The translations under genes were made by a program, and so were the position numbers. 64,000 nt of DNA from an uncultured Acidobacteriota bacterium. Its GTDB lineage: Bacteria; Acidobacteriota; Terriglobia; UBA7540. The notes under the pieces are model-generated. The model was given only the letters and a program-made list of their open reading frames with translations, had not been told where the DNA came from and made no database searches. Below, piece after piece: positions 9,829 through 19,189 of the stretch. Each line of letters starts with the position of its first letter. Position 1 is the first letter of the stretch. The stretch is taken from positions 576,001 through 640,000 of the forward strand of contig CAWDSK010000001.1 of NCBI GenBank assembly GCA_963804995.1. Reading direction: 5' to 3'.

Positions 9829-10770
9829 ATGAACCCAACACGCTTCAAGGGGCTCGGCCTCTGGTTGATTCTACTCCTGGGATGTGCCGCCACGTTGACG
9901 CTCCACGCCCAGCAGCGAGTCATTCCGGTGTGGCCCGGCCCCGCGCCAGGGTCAGAAAACTGGAAACAGAAAGAAGTCGAGTACCCGAGCCGCAGCGGGA
10001 AGAAGATGGTTCGGAATGTGGTGACGCCCACGCTCACCCTGTTCCTGCCCAATCCCTCTGTGGCCAATGGAACTGCGGTGATTGTGTGTCCGGGCGGAGG
10101 ATTTCGATTCCTCTCCTGGGAATCGGAGGGCCTGGACGTTGCCGAATGGCTCAGCGATCACGGGGTCGCAGCCTTCGTGCTGAAGTACCGCCTCTTCGAC
10201 ACGGGCGCGACTGAGGAGGATTTCCAAAAGGTGACAGCGGAATTGAATCGAGTCCAGGCCCGGATCATCGAATCCGCCGGCCCGAACGCTCCGGCGCCGG
10301 CTGACCCGGCTCGGGAGAGCGTGCTGCCCCTCGCCGCGGCCGACGGTCGGGAAGCCATCAAGCTGATTCGCCGGCGCGCCTCGGAATGGGGAATCGCGCC
10401 CGACCGCATCGGCATCATGGGTTTCTCCGCGGGAGCGCTGGTCACCACGGAAGCGGCGCTGCATTACACCCCCGACGACCGGCCCAACTTCGTTGCGCCC
10501 ATCTACGGAGCGCCCTGGGTTGACATCCAGGTGCCCTCCGACGCGCCGCCCATGTTTATCCTGGTGGCGAATGACGACGCCATCGCCTCCTGGACCAGCG
10601 TGCACTTGTTCTCTGAATGGAAGGCCGCGGGCAAATCCGTGGAACTGCACATCTATTCCAAAGGGGGTCACGGTTTCGGCTCAGGCAAGCGCGGGCTGCC
10701 GGTCGATCATTGGATTGATCGCTTCGGCGATTGGCTTGACGTGCAGGGTTTGCTCAAACCGGCTCACTAA
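9829..10770 (+). CDS. Exported alpha/beta hydrolase (esterase)
   Basis: AAGGAG RBS, signal peptide, CPGGG oxyanion motif, GFSAG nucleophile elbow, GGHGF. Confidence 0.85.
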   Translation: MNPTRFKGLGLWLILLLGCAATLTLHAQQRVIPVWPGPAPGSENWKQKEVEYPSRSGKKMVRNVVTPTLTLFLPNPSVANGTAVIVCPGGGFRFLSWESEGLDVAEWLSDHGVAAFVLKYRLFDTGATEEDFQKVTAELNRVQARIIESAGPNAPAPADPARESVLPLAAADGREAIKLIRRRASEWGIAPDRIGIMGFSAGALVTTEAALHYTPDDRPNFVAPIYGAPWVDIQVPSDAPPMFILVANDDAIASWTSVHLFSEWKAAGKSVELHIYSKGGHGFGSGKRGLPVDHWIDRFGDWLDVQGLLKPAH

Positions 10771-10853
10771 GTGGTGCGTCAATTATCTTCGCGTTCGCTG
10801 GATGGCGCAGACCCTGGTTCTGGGGGTCTGCGATGCCCCGAAGGGGCACTTTT

Positions 10854-11378
10854 TCAGTTATCTTCGCGTTCGGACTTGCCGAAGGATTTCCAGAAGACGC
10901 GCACCACCTGGACAGCTTCCTGGACGTTATCACCCCGGCTGGTGACAATTTCCAGATTTCCAATCAGGCGCAGGTAGTCCGGATCGCCTTCCTTATGACC
11001 CGCGCCGCGTTCCACATTCCCCGAAAAGCGATAAGACCTGCCGTGAATCTTGTTGGTGCGGAATTCCACGTGAGTCTTCTTGCGAGTTCCGTCGACCAGG
11101 TTGAAGGTCAGAGTATCCTCGGATTCTTCTTCCGACTGAGCGACGTCGATGTACCCCTTAAGCTTGCCTTCCTCGTCGAGGATAGCCAGCGTATCGTCGG
11201 GAGCAAGGAAATGGTATTTGGCCGTGATGTCATCAATGGGGCGCTCCTCCATCTGAGCCCTCAGGGAACTGCCGGTGAACCACGCGATCACAAAAATGAC
11301 CAGCCCTGTGAGGAACTTCGAAATCCTGCGACCTCGAAGCGAATCCCATAACGCTTTCTCGCGAATCCCCTGAACCAT
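10854..11378 (-). CDS. Hypothetical exported protein
   Basis: AAAGGA upstream; N-terminal hydrophobic segment; beta-rich mature region; no family recognised. Confidence 0.6.
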   Translation of the reverse strand: MVQGIREKALWDSLRGRRISKFLTGLVIFVIAWFTGSSLRAQMEERPIDDITAKYHFLAPDDTLAILDEEGKLKGYIDVAQSEEESEDTLTFNLVDGTRKKTHVEFRTNKIHGRSYRFSGNVERGAGHKEGDPDYLRLIGNLEIVTSRGDNVQEAVQVVRVFWKSFGKSEREDN

Positions 11379-11730
11379 AGAATCCTTTCTTGCCGACGTG
11401 TTGCTGCCGCCGTATTGCGTCGAGTTTTAGTTCAGTGGCATGTACTAGGCCATGTAACAGAAATGCGCTGATGAATTCAGCCCGCGTAGCGGGCGGGTCG
11501 CCGCGGCGACTAGCCCACGGCGTGCCCTGGGCTACGATCTTACGCCCCTGACGGGGCTGCGGAACGGCCCCCGCACGTCAGAGACTTCGTGAGCGAACCT
11601 CGGTTACACGACCCCAGTTTATTCCGACTTTCAGAAGAGCGCAAATTTCGGTAGTGTCCTAATTTGGGCACCAATATACTTGACTCATCCACTGGGTTTT
11701 GGTATAGTTTTGCTTGTGAGGAGCGAAACC

Positions 11731-12699
11731 ATGCGCGAACCCCGTACCCTGCAAGAAGCCATTATCTATTTTTCGAACCCTGACAATTCCCGCGCCTACC
11801 TTGTGGCGAAGCGCTGGCCCCAGGGCGTCATCTGCCCAACCTGCGGGTCGGAAAAGGTCAAATTCAATCCGGCTCGCGGCGTCTGGCAATGCCCCCGCCA
11901 TCATGCCCGGCGGCAATTCTCCGTCAAGGTGGGCACCCTGTTTGAGGATAGCGCCATCGGCCTGGATAAGTGGCTCACGGCGGTGTGGATGCTCACCAAC
12001 TGCAAGAACGGTATCAGTTCCTATGAAGTAGCCCGCGACCTGGGGGTCACGCAAAAGACCGCCTGGTTCATGCTGCACCGCATCCGGCTGGCCTTGCAGG
12101 ACGAGGGCGGCGGCAAGTTGGGAGGAGAAGTCGAGGTTGACGAAACCTTTATCGGCGGCCTCTCCCGCAACATGCACATCGGTAAGCGGCGGGAGAAAAT
12201 CCAGGGCACGGGCGGGCGCGATAAAATTGCGGTCCTGGGAATTCTGAAACGGCGAGGCAAAGTTCGCACTTCGGTCGTTCCCGATGTGACCCTCAAAACT
12301 CTTCGCGGCAGCGTTGTCGAAAACGTTTCGGCGGGCTCGCAGGTTTTCACGGACGCTTGGATTGGTTACCACGGGTTGGATTCCGAATATGTTCATAGCG
12401 TTATTGACCATGCCCAAGCCTATGCCGTGGAAAACGTCCACACCAACGGCCTCGAAAACTACTGGAGCCTTTTGCAGCGCACCCTCCAAGGGACCTACGT
12501 TAGCGTCGAACCGTTCCATTTGTTTCGTTACCTTGACGAGCAAGCCTTCCGTTACAACCAGCGCGAAGGACTTGATGATCGTGGCCGCTTCGATGCGGCG
12601 GTTTCCAGGATCATCGGTAAGCGCCTCACCTGGAATCGCCTCGCCGGAAAGACGCAAGCTCGTCCAACCTGTTCTAACGCACAAGGCAAGGCAACGTGA
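11731..12699 (+). CDS. IS1595-family transposase
   Basis: Zn ribbon CPTCG..CPRH, VEVDETFIGG, TDAW, HTNGLENYWS, YLDEQAFRYN. Confidence 0.95.
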   Translation: MREPRTLQEAIIYFSNPDNSRAYLVAKRWPQGVICPTCGSEKVKFNPARGVWQCPRHHARRQFSVKVGTLFEDSAIGLDKWLTAVWMLTNCKNGISSYEVARDLGVTQKTAWFMLHRIRLALQDEGGGKLGGEVEVDETFIGGLSRNMHIGKRREKIQGTGGRDKIAVLGILKRRGKVRTSVVPDVTLKTLRGSVVENVSAGSQVFTDAWIGYHGLDSEYVHSVIDHAQAYAVENVHTNGLENYWSLLQRTLQGTYVSVEPFHLFRYLDEQAFRYNQREGLDDRGRFDAAVSRIIGKRLTWNRLAGKTQARPTCSNAQGKAT

Positions 12700-12716
12700 G
12701 CGCCGGGGGAAGCGGG

Positions 12717-12863
12717 TCAAGCCTTCGCCCGCTTCTTCCGCTGGCGTTGCTTCTTCCACTCCGCTTTCCTTCGCTGTAACTCCTCCCGCGGGACGGAGAA
12801 AATCTTGCTGATTGCAGCGTCGAAATTCTGGAATTCTGAGGTTTTTATCCCCTTCTGGCTCAT
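12717..12863 (-). CDS. Small basic passenger ORF inside IS1595
   Basis: MSQKGIKTSEFQNFDAAISKIFSVPREELQRRKAEWKKQRQRKKRAKA, convergent with the transposase inside the IRs. Confidence 0.5.
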   Translation of the reverse strand: MSQKGIKTSEFQNFDAAISKIFSVPREELQRRKAEWKKQRQRKKRAKA

Positions 12864-13349
12864 AAACATTAAATGCCTCAGTCCGTGACAATACCTTATC
12901 CACTCAACATCGTACACCTCCAACCCGTTCATCTCGCACCTTTCGAATGGATGAGTCAAGTAAGTTGGTGCCCTAATTTGACCGTCCGGTGAACCCATCT
13001 CCCCCGATAGGCTCGCTTGACTTAGCGCTGGACGGCGCGTAGCATCGGCGTATCTCACTGACACTATGGAAGTGCCGGCGCAGAAAGTAGCCATGTGGCG
13101 GGCAACGAACGTTCTTATGACCGCCTTCTCGCAGAGCTGGTTGACGATGGCGCGCCTGAGGTGCGCAATCCCAGCGGCGCCGCCCTCAGCCGCGTCTCCT
13201 GGTGCTTGCGGTCAGTAGGGCCCGCCACACCTGCGCAGCGGCAACATAGATGACGAATGAAGTAGTGGCCCGTCCTCTGCACGGGTCCGAAGTCCCGGGA
13301 TTCGCAGCGGCGGTCGGGAGCCACGCAAATGACACAAGGAGGAGGAGCT

Positions 13350-13823
13350 ATGGCGAGAGAAGATGCGTTCAATGCGGCTAAGGCCACGTCCACCTTACTG
13401 GGTGGATTCTTTAAAGACGTTGCCAATGAAATCGGCCTGGAAAAGACCCTTTCGCTGTACGCCAAGCATGGTGAAGTCGTCGGCGCCATGATGGCCAGGG
13501 CGGTAAAGGAACGGTTGGGCGACAAAGAGTTCGACATGAAGACACTCGCTTCGGTCGCGTCCGGGTTCTTCCAGATATGTGGGTATACGTATGAGCTTGA
13601 AGAGACGCCCACGTCGATAAAAGTAAAATGTTTCCAGTGCCCTTTCTACGAAGGACTCAAGAACGCAGGGTTGGACGACCAGACCATCGAGGCTGCATGC
13701 AACCAGTCGGTGGCGGTGGAGCTTGCCGAATTGAAGAAATCCTTCCCACAGCTTTCCGGTGGTCTGAAGTTCCGCTCAGCACCCGACCAACCCTGCATCG
13801 ACGAGTTCGAATTGGCGAAATAG
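13350..13823 (+). CDS. V4R / ATC-hydrolase-like small-ligand-binding protein
   Basis: GGAGGAG RBS; KCFQCPFYEG, AACNQ and QPCIDEF cysteine pattern typical of V4R-fold proteins. Confidence 0.6.
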   Translation: MAREDAFNAAKATSTLLGGFFKDVANEIGLEKTLSLYAKHGEVVGAMMARAVKERLGDKEFDMKTLASVASGFFQICGYTYELEETPTSIKVKCFQCPFYEGLKNAGLDDQTIEAACNQSVAVELAELKKSFPQLSGGLKFRSAPDQPCIDEFELAK

Positions 13824-14255
13824 CCAAGGAGGTTATATGAAGCATGTAGCGCCGAGCGCAGCCATCTTTTAGTAGAGGATGGTGAGGCCGCCGTCGGGGC
13901 GCGGGCAGGCGGCGACCAGGCCCCATACCGGCACGCCCGGAGCGTTCCCGCGGATTTCGGTCGGATGGCCAGAGGCGTCGAACCACTGCTACCCGAGTGA
14001 TCCACCCCTTGCCCAGGCCGTCCCCTCCGTCCAGGCGAGGAGCGTCTCACCACGGGAGTTCCCCGCCACGGAGGGATGCTTACGGTCGGCGGCGTCGCCC
14101 GGAGCAGGAATCAGCTCATTCCCACGTGAGGTCGGCGATCCACATGACGTGCAAACGCCCGCCCCGGCCGAGCGCTATTTGCGCCCCCCGCACGCTGCCG
14201 ATAGCCAAAGCGCTGCCGGGAATGCGGTTCACACGAATGGGCGGTAGGAAGCAAG

Positions 14256-14445
14256 GTAGCGCAGAGTCTTGTGCTTTCCGAGACTCTGCGGCTTTTCGTC
14301 TCTTCGGCGCGAATTTCCATCACCAATTATGATCTCCCGAGAAACTGGCTGACCACATCAGGTGTCAAGGTCGTGTGTTAATAATACAGTGTATGTTTAT
14401 CAGAGTAAGAACCGCAGAGTGTGAAAGGCGTACACTCTGCGCTAC
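14256..14445. repeat. 190-bp REPIN-like element, copy 1
   Basis: GTAG...CTAC termini with terminal hairpins; homologous to 55144-55333. Confidence 0.7.
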
Positions 14446-14625
14446 CCGCTCGGTACAAGCCGTCCTGAGTCAGGTTTTCGGCCGCTTGAATCTCAGTGGA
14501 CGCTAAAGCGATCAGGGTACTGCCTCTCTTCCGTTGGGTGATGTTGAAGCTGGGGCGGAGACGCATCTTTCACCATTCTTGGTCAGAAGGTAACAGCTTT
14601 GCCCTCGCGTGGCATCTAGCAGCAA

Positions 14626-15033
14626 TCAGCGGATAAACTCGACGCGAACGAGGCCAGCTTGTTGAACGGGCTCGAAGTCTGGGTCTGCTGTGACCAAAAT
14701 CGCGGCGTGTTCTTCGGCGCACGCTGCAACGAATGAATCACCTAAGCCAAGCCCGGGGTTTACCTTCCATCGGGCAACCCGCTTTATGAATCCCCCGTCA
14801 ATTGTCTCGAGGACCCCCAATAGCTTCGTCGCCCTTTCCCATGCCTCGTTGGCTTTTTCCAAACCGTCCGACCGGAGATAGCCATAATAAACCTCACATA
14901 AGTTTACCGTGTGGATGGCCAAATTGTTGCGCTCGTCCATCAGGAGGCTAGCCACACGTTCGTGGCCTTGTTCTCCCTTGAAATATGCGATTAGAGCGGA
15001 GGCGTCTACGATGTGTGTAATGGCAGCCGGCAC
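14626..15033 (-). CDS. PIN-domain (VapC-like) ribonuclease
   Basis: IVDASALIAY, NLCEVYY, LGDSF, LVTADPDF; GTG start overlaps the ATPase stop codon. Confidence 0.9.
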   Translation of the reverse strand: MPAAITHIVDASALIAYFKGEQGHERVASLLMDERNNLAIHTVNLCEVYYGYLRSDGLEKANEAWERATKLLGVLETIDGGFIKRVARWKVNPGLGLGDSFVAACAEEHAAILVTADPDFEPVQQAGLVRVEFIR

Positions 15034-17573
15034 TATTGCTCTCTTGATCTTTCCACGCGTTCCTGTTCGAAGTACAATTTTGTATCAAATCGGGCGTCTC
15101 GAAGGGCAGCCTCGGATTCCCTTACAAGCTTGGTCCTGTCCACCGCAACAGATGCTTCCTTCCCTGGAGCTGGATAAATGAGGGTGCCGCAACGACAGGA
15201 AAGTTGGCCAATAGGGGCATTGGATGGTGTTATGAATCTGCGGCACTGGGGGCAAAAAACCGCGTCAAAGAGGCCCGCAACCGCATCGCCAAATTCGACC
15301 GTGTCTTGGCGCGATGTGTGCTTTGCCCACTCATTAAAGTGTGCTCCCACCCAATTCCGCACAGGCCAGTTGAGATCGAGTGAGTCGAGAAATGGTCGCG
15401 TTTGCCCGTAGAATGTCGGATAATTTTTGCGGACTGCCTTATAAAATGACGGCCAAAGTTCCCCAATCTCGTACCTTTCGCTCCTCTTGGCTTGAACGCT
15501 GAGCGATAGGTTATATCGCATTTCCTGGAGAATATGTTCAAGGAGTCTTCCGGCCGTTGAGGCAATGTCTTCAGAGGTTCCGTCCGTCAGCAGTTCCTTT
15601 AGGCGGTCGCGCTCATCCTGCGGTTCGCGGAGGTCCGGTCCTTCGTCTATTGTCCATTTGTGGATGACTTTATTGACATAGTTAGCCGAAACGCCGCACC
15701 TGGCCTGTATATCCTGGAAATGTTCGAACCAAATTCTGTCGTGAGTGGTCAATAGGACTTGGTACTCGCCAAATTCCTTTAGCAACAACTTGGAAAGACG
15801 GACAGCATGGGCACTATCTATGCTCGTCAAGATATCATCCAATACAAGCAGATTGAATTCCGGATATCGCTTGCGATGCCATCGTCGCAAAGCGAGAAAA
15901 ATGCTGATGCCAAGAGTGTCAAGATGTGCGTCACTGTAATACCCGCGCGGGTCCTCGTCGGTCTTTTCGTAAAACGAAGACCGTAGATTGGCGCTTCCCT
16001 GTCCTATCTCTCTGACCTCCAGTCGAATCCCGCCGTGACTCTCGTCAGGATGGAGGCGGGTGTAAATACCGTCAATGTCTTCTGATAATTTATTGAATAG
16101 TTCCTGAACAACCTCCCTCCGTGACTCAAGTGCACGCTGATAGACCGTTTCGGCTTGCGCAGCCTCTGCATTTGCGGCTTTGGATGCGGTTCTGAGGGTT
16201 TCTAACTGACTCCATCCTTCCGAGGCGGTTTCAATCCTCTGCCTTGCCGACAGTAATTGTCTTGCCCGATCAGGCGAGGGCAATCCGTCAATGGCTGTCT
16301 GCAAACTCCCAGCAATTCTGGCTATGGAGGCCATCTCGGGCGACTCTGGCAGAAGAACACATATGGAGCGATCCAGGACTTCGAGGTCGAGATTGCGAAG
16401 GCCTTTATGAACCTCGAGGTCTAACGCAGCGAGCATGGTTGCGAAATCAGTCAAAGGCTGTGTTTGGATTATGTGGGCGGGAAGTCCGGTAGTGGTTAAT
16501 GATTTCCTGGCTTTTGCCAAAGACTCCGTCATCGCACGCACGGAAGCGATTGCGCGGGTCAGTCCAGATGATGCTTCATTACGCAGCGAGATTAGCTCTC
16601 GCATGGAGTCCAGCCGGGCCTGTGCCCTACCGATAGTTGCGGCAGGCTCGATGGGGTTTTCGCAAAGCGGACAGGCAGCGCGGTTTTCTTCCCTTATCCA
16701 CTTGATGCCATCTTCCAGAACCCGGTCATAGAATACCTTCGACTCCGCTGCCTCCTTTTCGTGGAGCTTCCTGCACGCTTCTGTGAGTTGGGAAAGGGTA
16801 TCAGGTGATGTAGCCTCCAGCAGTTCGAGAAGAGAAGCCTTCGCATTCATTAGACCGCCTGCCACGGCCGTGTCGCCGAACTTGGCCAGTTCATGGTCCA
16901 GCAAGCTCAATGACCCGCTTATTTCGTCGGGTGAAGAGATCGAGTTGTGGCCCACGTCCGCCAGGATCTTAGAAATCGCTACAACCAGACTCGCCTTGGT
17001 TGGCTCCCCGACGGTCCCTAGAGTCTTGCTTATGGAGCCCGCTAATTGGGCTACTCGGGCTTGTGCAATTGCAGCATTTTTATTCGCCTCATCCCTCGCT
17101 TCTCTCATCGCGTTCTCAACTTCTTGAATTCCGACAAGAGGTAGGAATGGGCGCAGGTAGGCGTACCGCTCGCGGGGCTGGGATTCAATGAAGCTCAAGA
17201 TATCTCTGCGGCGCAGGATGAAGAGATCCTCCTTTGCACCACCCAGATACGCGACGAAGCCCGTGGGGGTTACTGAGGTTTCCCCTTCCAGGTCGTAAGT
17301 AAGATCCGGACTTGAAAAGACGAGAGAAATCGAAGGTCCTGATGCCCCAGCGTGAATATGAGGGCCTTGACGGTCTGAAGAAATTCCTTGCGCACGGCCA
17401 TCTAAGGTAGCTACACGTCCACAGAGCAACCTTTCAATTGCATCCACAAAAGAACTTTTCCCAGTCCCGTTTTCACCGAACAGAAGCATAGACTTCTTGT
17501 CAAAAATTAAGCTACAGCCCGGGAGCGCAACCCCTCGGAAGCCTGCGACATTTAGGCGGCTAATTAACGGCAT
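15033..17573 (-). CDS. Rad50/RloC-like ABC ATPase with Zn-hook and putative C-terminal HEPN domain
   Basis: Walker A GENGTGKSS, coiled coil with CPLC hook, YSDAH signature region, Walker B LLVLDD, H-loop LTTHD, RNWVGAH (Rx5H), CPQC..CRC. Confidence 0.8.
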   Translation of the reverse strand: MPLISRLNVAGFRGVALPGCSLIFDKKSMLLFGENGTGKSSFVDAIERLLCGRVATLDGRAQGISSDRQGPHIHAGASGPSISLVFSSPDLTYDLEGETSVTPTGFVAYLGGAKEDLFILRRRDILSFIESQPRERYAYLRPFLPLVGIQEVENAMREARDEANKNAAIAQARVAQLAGSISKTLGTVGEPTKASLVVAISKILADVGHNSISSPDEISGSLSLLDHELAKFGDTAVAGGLMNAKASLLELLEATSPDTLSQLTEACRKLHEKEAAESKVFYDRVLEDGIKWIREENRAACPLCENPIEPAATIGRAQARLDSMRELISLRNEASSGLTRAIASVRAMTESLAKARKSLTTTGLPAHIIQTQPLTDFATMLAALDLEVHKGLRNLDLEVLDRSICVLLPESPEMASIARIAGSLQTAIDGLPSPDRARQLLSARQRIETASEGWSQLETLRTASKAANAEAAQAETVYQRALESRREVVQELFNKLSEDIDGIYTRLHPDESHGGIRLEVREIGQGSANLRSSFYEKTDEDPRGYYSDAHLDTLGISIFLALRRWHRKRYPEFNLLVLDDILTSIDSAHAVRLSKLLLKEFGEYQVLLTTHDRIWFEHFQDIQARCGVSANYVNKVIHKWTIDEGPDLREPQDERDRLKELLTDGTSEDIASTAGRLLEHILQEMRYNLSLSVQAKRSERYEIGELWPSFYKAVRKNYPTFYGQTRPFLDSLDLNWPVRNWVGAHFNEWAKHTSRQDTVEFGDAVAGLFDAVFCPQCRRFITPSNAPIGQLSCRCGTLIYPAPGKEASVAVDRTKLVRESEAALRDARFDTKLYFEQERVERSREQ

Positions 17574-17748
17574 CCACTGTCACCCCTTGATGATAAGCTT
17601 CTAAGAGTTTTTCTGGTTGGCCCAAGGTTCCATCTCGCCGCATTTCCTCTAGGTGAGACACAAGCCCAGGCGGAACCTGGCGGTCCGCCCTTAGCTTAGC
17701 CATTAACCTGTCTAATACTTCATCCTCAATTGACTTGACGTTGTCCAT
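17560..17748 (-). CDS. Small hypothetical protein coupled to the ATPase
   Basis: GGAGG RBS; 62 aa, helical; overlaps the ATPase start by 14 nt. Confidence 0.65.
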   Translation of the reverse strand: MDNVKSIEDEVLDRLMAKLRADRQVPPGLVSHLEEMRRDGTLGQPEKLLEAYHQGVTVDAVN

Positions 17749-17918
17749 CTGGCTTGCCTCCCAAACTCGCGGTCAGGAAACGGGAATGACATTCCCGTGT
17801 ACAAGTAGTTTGCATCATACTTGCCGATAAAACAACAGCGAGCAGCAAGCGTAGTGCGGCCCTATAAAAGGTCCGCGACATTTTGTTGTCGATGGGGGAC
17901 GAAACGCAGGAAGGAAAA

Positions 17919-18021
17919 CACGGGATACGGGGGACGGGATACGGGGAACGGCGCAGAGCTCCGCGCCACTTGTTACCACTGCTGGTGAAACGCGGGATAC
18001 GGGATTAGGGAAACGGGACAA
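17919..18021. repeat. Degenerate heptamer (CGGGATA-type) tandem arrays
   Basis: cacgggatacgggggacgggatacggggaacgg and cgggatacgggattagggaaacgggac. Confidence 0.6.
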
Positions 18022-18152
18022 GGGAAAGCCGCCGCAAACGGTGGGATTAATCGGGCGTTCGAATTCACCTTCAACATTCACCGCAGTTATCCTAATGCTT
18101 GACAGTCGCCTCCCTCTCCGTTACCGTGGGGCTTGGTGCAAGGAGGTTCCTG

Positions 18153-18404
18153 GTGACTGTCCATCTTCCCCCCCAGGTCGAACGTATCGTCAATGATGCC
18201 CTTCGCTCCGGCCAATACCGCTCGGCCGAAGACGTGCTCTCGGAAGCGATCGCCGTCTGGCAGGCGCGGCAAGCCGCGGCGGCGGAGCCGTCCGAGGAGG
18301 AGCGGCAAGCGGCCATTGAGCGGCTCAAGAGCTTCGGCAAAACGCACCAACTTTCCTTGGGCGGCATCACCCTCAAGCAACTCCGCGACGAGGCGCGTCC
18401 GTGA
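18153..18404 (+). CDS. Antitoxin, ribbon-helix-helix (ParD/CopG-like)
   Basis: AAGGAGG RBS; MTVHLPPQVERIVNDALRSGQYRSAEDVLSEAI; GTGA overlap with the PIN gene. Confidence 0.8.
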   Translation: MTVHLPPQVERIVNDALRSGQYRSAEDVLSEAIAVWQARQAAAAEPSEEERQAAIERLKSFGKTHQLSLGGITLKQLRDEARP

Positions 18405-18814
18405 GTTGGATTGTCCTCGATGCCTCCGTTACTTTGTCCTGGTGTTTTCCCGATGAGCAAACGCCCGCCGCGATGGGAGTGCTGGACTTGCTGAAGGCGG
18501 GCGAGCAAGCCCTGGTGCCTGCCTTCTGGTGCTCCGAGGTCCTCAATTCCTTGCTCGTGGGCGAGAGGAAAGGGCGTATCTCTGCCGACCAAACACGGGC
18601 TTTCCTCAAAGATCTTCGCGCCTTGCGCCCCACACTCGACAATGCTTCCCTGGAGCGGGTGGTCCAAGACATCCAGGCGCTTTGCCGCCAATATGGCTTG
18701 GCTTCGTACGATGCGCTTTATGTGGAGCTTGCTATGCGGTCAGGGAGTCCCCTTGCCACGCTGGATAAGAGTCAGCGAGAGGCTGCCTTGGCAATCGGAG
18801 TGACTTGCTTGTGA
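18401..18814 (+). CDS. vapC: VapC-family PIN toxin
   Basis: IVLDASVTLSW, SEVLNSL, SYDALYVELA, LATLD. Confidence 0.9.
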   Translation: MSWIVLDASVTLSWCFPDEQTPAAMGVLDLLKAGEQALVPAFWCSEVLNSLLVGERKGRISADQTRAFLKDLRALRPTLDNASLERVVQDIQALCRQYGLASYDALYVELAMRSGSPLATLDKSQREAALAIGVTCL

Positions 18815-19049
18815 GAGTCGAATTGAGCGCGCCTTGCAGAAGGAAGTCCGCGACCGAAAGAATGTGTTGTTCCCTATCCGCATTGACGATTACCTCTTCG
18901 ACGAATGGGATCACCCCCGCAAGGCCGATGTGGTGAGCAAGGTGATTGGAGATTTTCGCGGGTCGGACAATCTTGAGACCTACGCAAAGGCCTTCCCCCG
19001 TTTCCTCGAAGCGCTCAACCGTCCCCAGCCAGCGTCCAAGCCCAGGTAG
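18815..19049 (+). pseudogene. C-terminal fragment of a TIR-domain protein
   Basis: KEVRDRKNVLFPIRIDDYLFDEW...IGDFRG...YAKAFPRFLEAL resembles the end of bacterial TIR domains; no N-terminus or RBS. Confidence 0.55.
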
Positions 19050-19189
19050 CGCAGGGCCCGCACTCCGGCCCCGCGGCTTTTCCAGCGGTGCGGGTTCTTG
19101 CCGCGCCGCAAACAAGATAATCCGAATTTTCATCGGTCGCGCCGCCAAAAGCACGGCGCATAACTCCGCGCCACTTGCCACCGCCCTTT

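Larger units (their letters stand above)
11667..12972 (+). mobile_element. IS1595-family insertion sequence, 1306 bp
   Basis: 24-bp IRs GGCACCAATATACTTGACTCATCC / GGATGAGTCAAGTAAGTTGGTGCC; 8-bp TSD CTAATTTG at 11659-11666 and 12973-12980. Confidence 0.95.
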
